Below are positions 58,031 to 64,000 of a DNA stretch of 64,000 nt, in pieces. Positions within the stretch are counted from its first letter, which is position 1, and each line of letters begins with the position of its first letter. Both the position numbers and the translations under genes were made by a program. The notes under the pieces were generated by a model, which worked only from the letters and a program-made list of their open reading frames with translations, made no database searches and was not told where the DNA came from. The DNA comes from Fimbriosthenelais zetlandica (taxonomy: Eukaryota), in assembly GCA_977030845.1 (NCBI GenBank), contig OZ365112.1, positions 16,120,001 to 16,184,000 on the forward strand, in the 5' to 3' direction.

Positions 58031-59241
58031 TTTTACTAAACGATCCAGCCCATGTCTGCCTATGAATGCTGAGGTCTTGCATATCATCATCATCTTAGAC
58101 AAACATGAGAGAGTGTAGAAGAAGCCGGCTTGTGGTGTCATCAGTGAGCTCGCCCACCAGTTTGACTCCCGTCTAACCCTACATGATTGTTATCTTAGTC
58201 GCTCACTGCCACCTTCATCCTTAGTTTTCCCCAGTGCTCTCTCTTGTTTTTAAGCATAGAGTAACATATCTACAGGCAAACTCAGAGCTATATTCCATCT
58301 GGCTGTATTCTGCCCTCACCCCAATACTCTTCCAAATACTGAACTGATGACTGTTTATTTGAACTTGAAACTTATAGATCGCATGGCAAGTATTAACCTC
58401 CACGTGCTATGTTAAACTCTATCCGAGAAAGAGAGCTTTTAACTAACGTTCAACTATAGGTGGATCATTAGTGGGGAATGGATCATTGAATGTGATTAGG
58501 AAATTGTGTAATTTCCAAGCCATAGACAAGACCCCCGGCTATTGTATGGAGGGGCTGGCATATGGCTATAGAGGACGAACATTGTATACATGAAGGTCTA
58601 GATGTATACTTTGGCTGTGGCTATGAAATCAGTCATTGCCGAGAGTAAATATGGTAGAAAGACAGCTTTAATTGTAATAAGTGGACACTCTCAGACGATT
58701 AATGGTGTCTGTGTAGGCTGCTCCATATCCTGCCCTAAATACATGTTAGTAGTACATGGAAATGGTTGATAGCGTCTGGTATTATACCAGGTATTGCCAG
58801 GTATTGTCATCTTTGTTTAAATCATCACAGACAGCTCATTGATTAGTCACTGATTAGTGCCAAAAGAATACTTTCACTGTTTGGCTCAAGGAAAACTAGA
58901 TTCGCAGTTATATGACGTTCAGAATTATGTGTGAAAATTACCTTGACCTGGCACGTAATTGGGATTGAAGTGATTTCCGTTGGGAGATGTAATAGTGTTA
59001 GATGAAAGACAGACCAGTTCAAAGGATTCTCGACGTATTTCTTAACCCCATGTCAGGCCAGTTTCCATGGCCTTTTTTACTATAATATATATGATAAAGT
59101 CGCCCAAGGTCGCGTTCACTCACTTCCAAAGCGTTCAGTTCTTGGAGAGTCATTTATTTGTCATCGGACACATACAATCTACCAGTCTTTGATCTTCAGA
59201 TCTTATTTTGCTAACTAATTTTCTTTTCTCTTCTCTTTCAG

Positions 59242-59285
59242 GTGCGTATCGCTTATTGGTACCAAAAAGTGAACTGTAAAACGAA
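59242..59285 (+). other. Orphan short exon (44 nt, no ATG; probably 5' UTR) inside the PRKAR1 first intron
   Basis: Branch-point-like TGCTAAC (59209-59215), long pyrimidine tract ending TTTCAG at 59241, donor AA|GTCAGT at 59286. TATA-like TATAATATAT at 59081 and Inr-like TCACT near 59117 lie upstream. Confidence 0.45.
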
Positions 59286-59889
59286 GTCAGTGGGTTTATG
59301 ATTATCTCTTTTCTATCTATTTTTCATTTTTATTATATTTATTTTCCTACAGAAGTATTTTCTCTGTCGTGTGATCTTGTTCTTCATGTAATGCAGTAAT
59401 CAGGATTTATATCAGTTGATTCTTGTAGACTAGATGTACCTATTCCAGGCAGGTTTTCTCTCAGCCATCTGAATGTGTTTAGTTTGTTAGTTTTGGTATT
59501 GGCTGTGTGAGATGGCTGCCTTCAGTGTGCTAAATAAGCACCAGATGGGGTATGAGTAGGCGGCTCTCTCATCTAAGGCTGGCTGTTAGAATGAATCTCT
59601 TTCTAACACCACCAGGCCCAGTCCATCAACACGAGCAGATGGGAAGAGGGAACCGTACTCACAGCAGATGGGCTTAAAGGTGTTATGATGGCTCTTATAT
59701 GTGCACCTTAACTAGAGAATAGGGCACGGTTTGATATGAGGACTCGTGCTCTATGGGGTCCAGGGTTTGGAGGACGAATGCCAAGTTACTCTTGAGGCCC
59801 GAATGCGATGTGCTTTATTCTCTTAGTAAACGAAATCATAAAATGCATGAAAATCTTAGAATCTTAGGCCTTCCAACCCCAGCAAACCA

Positions 59890-61940
59890 TTTCTAGGTAC
59901 ATATGATATCAACAGTAAGTAAATTATGTCCTGCGAGTGAGGATTTGGTGAATGTGTATGGAGCACAGAAAACGTGATGGGAATGTTCACAGTGTGCAAA
60001 TGTATTTAAATATATCCATTTTCTGTCACTGTCACCATCTCTTAAAGATGAATGATCCAGATTACAGGAGGGAGAGTTCAGCTGTACATCTGTTGAAGCC
60101 ACCTGTAGTTGACATCTACACATACAGGATCTGTTCAGTCTTATATAATACATCACACTCCCAATACATTAACCCTGACCAGCTTGCACTCCCATTCACG
60201 TATCAATATTACTCCTTGAGGCCCGCCTGACCTGCAATGTGTAGGTGTGACACACTGGAGACATTTGGAATCAATAGCCTATTTTTACTGGAGACCACTC
60301 GCCATAACTCCCACATCAATCCCAATCAAAACCTTGGGAATCCTCAAGGACCAGCCTGGCCTCTGGAACCATGCCAATATTGCAGCGAGAATGAAGGAGC
60401 AGTTTAATATTAGTAGGATCTACATGTGTGAAGTAGTACTCTTACAACGATCCATATTTATGATTCTGGGCGTGAAATACTGTTTTTAAGCTGAGCCTGT
60501 CCTTGAGATATACTTAATATAGCTCTGGGACTGCAAATAGAGATTGCTTGCCAAATACCTTTCACCAGTCAGACCAGTGGAGCTGATGGATTTATAAAAT
60601 TCCAGAATTGCTTATTGGTTCAGGAATATCCGAGTATGTCAAAAGAGTTTGGCACTTCTTCTCATCATCGCTCCTCAGCTGAAACTGACCCATTCTCGCT
60701 GTTCGACTTATTGGCACATTCCTAGAATTGAAATTACTGATAGTGCCGGATTCCTCCAGACGATGGTATAATGCCAATATCTGTGCTCACCAAGTAGTAT
60801 GTGGTTGCCATAGTGATACTGCCAAGCAGCACATCAGTGATTGGTTCATTGATTCACAAAGCGATCAATTTGTGGAGTGGGTAATTCAGATAGCGTGCAA
60901 GAGAACCAGGAATTATAGCCATGCTTCATTAAAATTATAGTCTCGCCCATCGCCAGGGAACATCTTATAAACGGCAGTTATCTCCCCTTCAATTTGAGCT
61001 GAGAATATTTATTAAAGGTACTTTGAACATTTCAGAAACATTTTTAGTTTCAAAGGGAAACAGTCCTTTTGTAAATGGTCTATTCGTCTATTAGACGGGA
61101 CTGGGGGAAGCTCTAGGGAACCCTGTTGATCAGGCAATCAGGTTGGCCTTGTTATTGGTGGCCTCTGTCCTGAATCCCCCGAGTAAAGATATAACCTCTA
61201 TACAAGAAGACCCCGCAGGCGAGAATCAGGCCAGGAGGAGCGCCATGAAGAAGATGGGAGGAGGCATGATCACATCCCTCTAACCAACAGCTCCTCCCCT
61301 CCTACTTCTCCACAGCTCAAAAGGATGTTTAAAAACACTTAAGACATTGTGTCAATGTGTGGGTGTGTGAGACAGAAGAGAGAGAAGGAAAGAGAGGGAG
61401 AGGTAAGAGAACGCAGAGCTTCAGAATATATAGTGTCAGCTCTTGTTGCTCAAGCCTGACATGTTTTGATCCATTGATAGGATCCCACTCCTGCCTCTCT
61501 CAGAGCTTTGCTTATGCTGGCTGGTATCGGGACAGTGCTGTTAGTGGTGGTGTTGGTGGTGGCGGTGGTGCAGAGTGAGTGTGGTGGTGGTGGTGGTGGC
61601 AGTAGTGGCGCTGTATCCAGCCTTCATCCACCAGACCACTTTCCCACCTACTCTGGGAAGGCTCCCTGTTTCATACTTTCCCCTCCAGCGGTGGCTTAAA
61701 CCTCGCCATCTCTTCCCACTTTTCAGTCATTGATGTGGTGGGGGAGCGCGGTCTAGTTTATCCCCATCTAACTTCCCTGGAGGAACATAACACTCTTGCA
61801 CTGGAACACACACCGACCATTCCACCATCCCAAACCTCGTCCAGCCTGGATACCACAACCTTACACTGCTCCTACTGCACCTCCTCCTGCTCTTTCCATC
61901 CTCCTGTAGGCAATGCACACCGTGGAGTCTGCACACATTA
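59890..61940 (-). mobile_element. Decayed L1/Tx1-like LINE (ORF1 and endonuclease remnants)
   Basis: VRLWYPGW at about 61850 resembles the RxWYxGQP motif that precedes Tx1 ORF1 zinc knuckles. Downstream, VILIREWEC (compare IIxGDWNC) and YTFTKS...VDII (compare FTW...RIDYI) resemble APE motifs, in the expected order. Heavily interrupted. Confidence 0.33.
61544..61599. repeat. Imperfect (GGT)n microsatellite
   Basis: GTGGTGGTGTTGGTGGTGGCGGTGGTG...GTGGTGGTGGTGGTGGTGG. Confidence 0.85.
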
Positions 61941-62911
61941 AGTCTACATGTTAATGGCAGGTTCTGGCACCAACTGACCGAATGGACCTACATAAAACTG
62001 TGCCCTGGAAGAAGTGTTAGGTCTTATCTAGCGAAAGAACATTACCATAAAGTCGGAGGGCACATTCGGTTCACAAGGTGCAGCCTACAAACAATCTTAC
62101 CAGCTATATACACCCGGTCAGGGAAGGATGTAGGTCCGCAAATCAAATATATCATATAGCATTGATCGAGATAGTCCAGGAATAAGATATCAATCGAAAT
62201 TAGGAAGGGTTGGACGCGCTCTCAGACATCAAACATTGTTGATTGGTGCATATAAAGAGCTGCTCATCAGTCCCCTGCTCTCAGCCTCACTTGCTTTCAG
62301 TGTGAATGTTGCAGTGGAGAGTTACCTTAATGCCAAGGGAGTTTGATGGATTGTGAAGGAAGGTACTGGCGGATGACTAACCATTTGTTGTAGTATTAAC
62401 ACCTCACACTGTCCCTGTTAATGATATCATACATTTTCATGAGAACCTTGACCCTATAATCTCATCATTATTTCTCCCACTCTTGCCATCAATACATTAC
62501 TCCTTCATTGCATAGGGATAAAAAATAGGAAGACTGAGGGATCGTTCCAGGAAATGTATCGGTTAGCCTTGTAGTCTGCTGGACATAGCTCATACTGTCC
62601 AGCGCTGACCACCACTGGCCTTTCCACACAATCATATCAGTCTGACCCTAAAAAACCTCACCATTATCGATCTCAGGCCAGGCTTACTAGCGCTAGAGCA
62701 CTGCTCTTTCTCATTGAGGTTTAATTATATCTGCCACCAGTTGGACCTACATCTGTGTCCCCGTGCTATATATTTATATTCAGCACAGTAATATTATCTC
62801 ATATATTATATCACACATCGAGATAAAAAGCAATCATATCTGGAGATATACTAGTAATCTGTGTAATTTGCCTTTACATCTGAGTATTGGATTACCTATT
62901 AGACGACCACC

Positions 62912-63076
62912 ATGGGAAATAAATTACCAAAGATAAGGAGGCCTGGTTCGGCTAAAGAGAATAGGGAAGAAGATAAAGAAAATAGAGAAGAGGATAAGGA
63001 TAAGGTTGAGTGTAAACCAGAGGAAGGTGGGGAGACAGAGGCTGCTGGAGGAACACCTTCTCCTGAGAAAAATGAG
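62912..63076 (+). CDS. Candidate alternative first coding exon (55 aa, MGNKLPKIRRPGS...), probably of PRKAR1
   Basis: Ideal Kozak context ACCACCATGG; purine-rich, coding-like composition; ends in a strong phase-0 donor GAG|GTAGGT, the same phase as the D/D exon. Assignment to PRKAR1 is inference from position and phase. Confidence 0.55.
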
Positions 63077-64000
63077 GTAGGTTTCTCTCAACAACTCGGG
63101 AGGCCCATTTCTCTCAATGTCAAACTGGTAATGGCAAGCTGCCTTCAGATGTCGACCGACTCTGAGGAGAAGTACTTTATTCCAAATCTCATACACAGGA
63201 AAATATATTGGATGTTTTCTTGTACAGATTCCCCGAATCAATACGTATAGTATATAGTATGGGTATCTATAGTCCATATTCCCACTTCAGCATATTCCCA
63301 CTTCAGATAGTTTGGTTATTTCCTCATATTCCTCTGGCTTGATTTATATATATTAAGTTTATTTATGGCTTCTGCATTGTCACGGCTCATTTGACATGCC
63401 TTGGTGGCACTCTGAATATGACCTTTTATATGTGTGCACTCTTCCCCATTATTGAGAATCAAAAGTTATTGTTATAGATTAATTCTTTAATTAACTTTTT
63501 GGAAAGTAGCCCACGCTGCTTAGCTTATAGGTTGTCCTCATTAAACTCAAACACTCTCTAATTGGTAATCAGTGGGATAACTACTTTGGGTCGATGGTGA
63601 GTAATTAGGTAGGTTTTATCAGTTTCAAATGCAACCGGTTTCAAATGCGGGTAGCTAAAGTTGGCACAAGGAAGTGCTGAAAATGAAGCATTTCTTTTAA
63701 GTTGCCTGGAGATTTTGTGGCTCGCCTCATAACAAGCCCACAGGGATAAGTTGGAGTGTGATTAGGTGCCTGGAAAAATTTCACCTGGAGTAAAGGAATA
63801 AAATCCCCGAAGGAGCACTTCCCTCCCATTTCGACTACAGCTGAGCTGCTCGCTGGCTTCTGTCAGTCACAAATTGAGTTTATGCAGCTTCTAACCTACA
63901 TTATCTAAAGTCTGAAAATTGACTTCATTTATAGCATTTGAATATAATAACCGTGGTTGGTCTTTTAGATTGAGAGGGGAAATATTTCTACATGATATCT

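Noticed and set aside
61508-61699. Signal-peptide-like ORF MLMLAGIGTVLLVVVLVVAVV...
   Set aside because: The hydrophobic and Gly runs are translations of a (GGT)n microsatellite inside a probable LINE remnant.

Overview
AT-rich eukaryotic (metazoan) genomic DNA with short spliceosomal introns. The gene structures and divergence from the vertebrate proteins suggest an invertebrate, possibly a deuterostome; this is inference only. I assembled four complete multi-exon genes by hand, with GT-AG boundaries, consistent phases and total lengths divisible by 3: MELK (-, 14869-19971), CCZ1 (+, 20966-24571), an unnamed gene encoding RRM-RRM-coiled coil-C-terminal RING (+, 27027-29878), and LENG8 (-, 32568-37342). 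The first coding exon (D/D domain) of a type I PKA regulatory subunit starts at 37691. I found no later exon of that gene, so its first intron appears to exceed 26 kb. That intron holds decayed LINE fragments, a perfect 26-bp minisatellite, two full CRE sites and a strong candidate alternative first exon (62912-63076) encoding an MGNK... N-terminus. The most novel-looking items are the tandem-RRM/RING putative RNA-binding E3 ligase and the possible D/D-less, Gly2-starting PKA-RI isoform. Also notable are a U12-type intron in LENG8, a duplicated last splice acceptor in CCZ1, a perfect-TIR MITE, and a CHR/CCAAT promoter for MELK. Positions 1-14.8 kb contain no protein I could recognise. No rRNA, tRNA or CRISPR array was seen. 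All homology calls are from memory of the protein families, with no database search.
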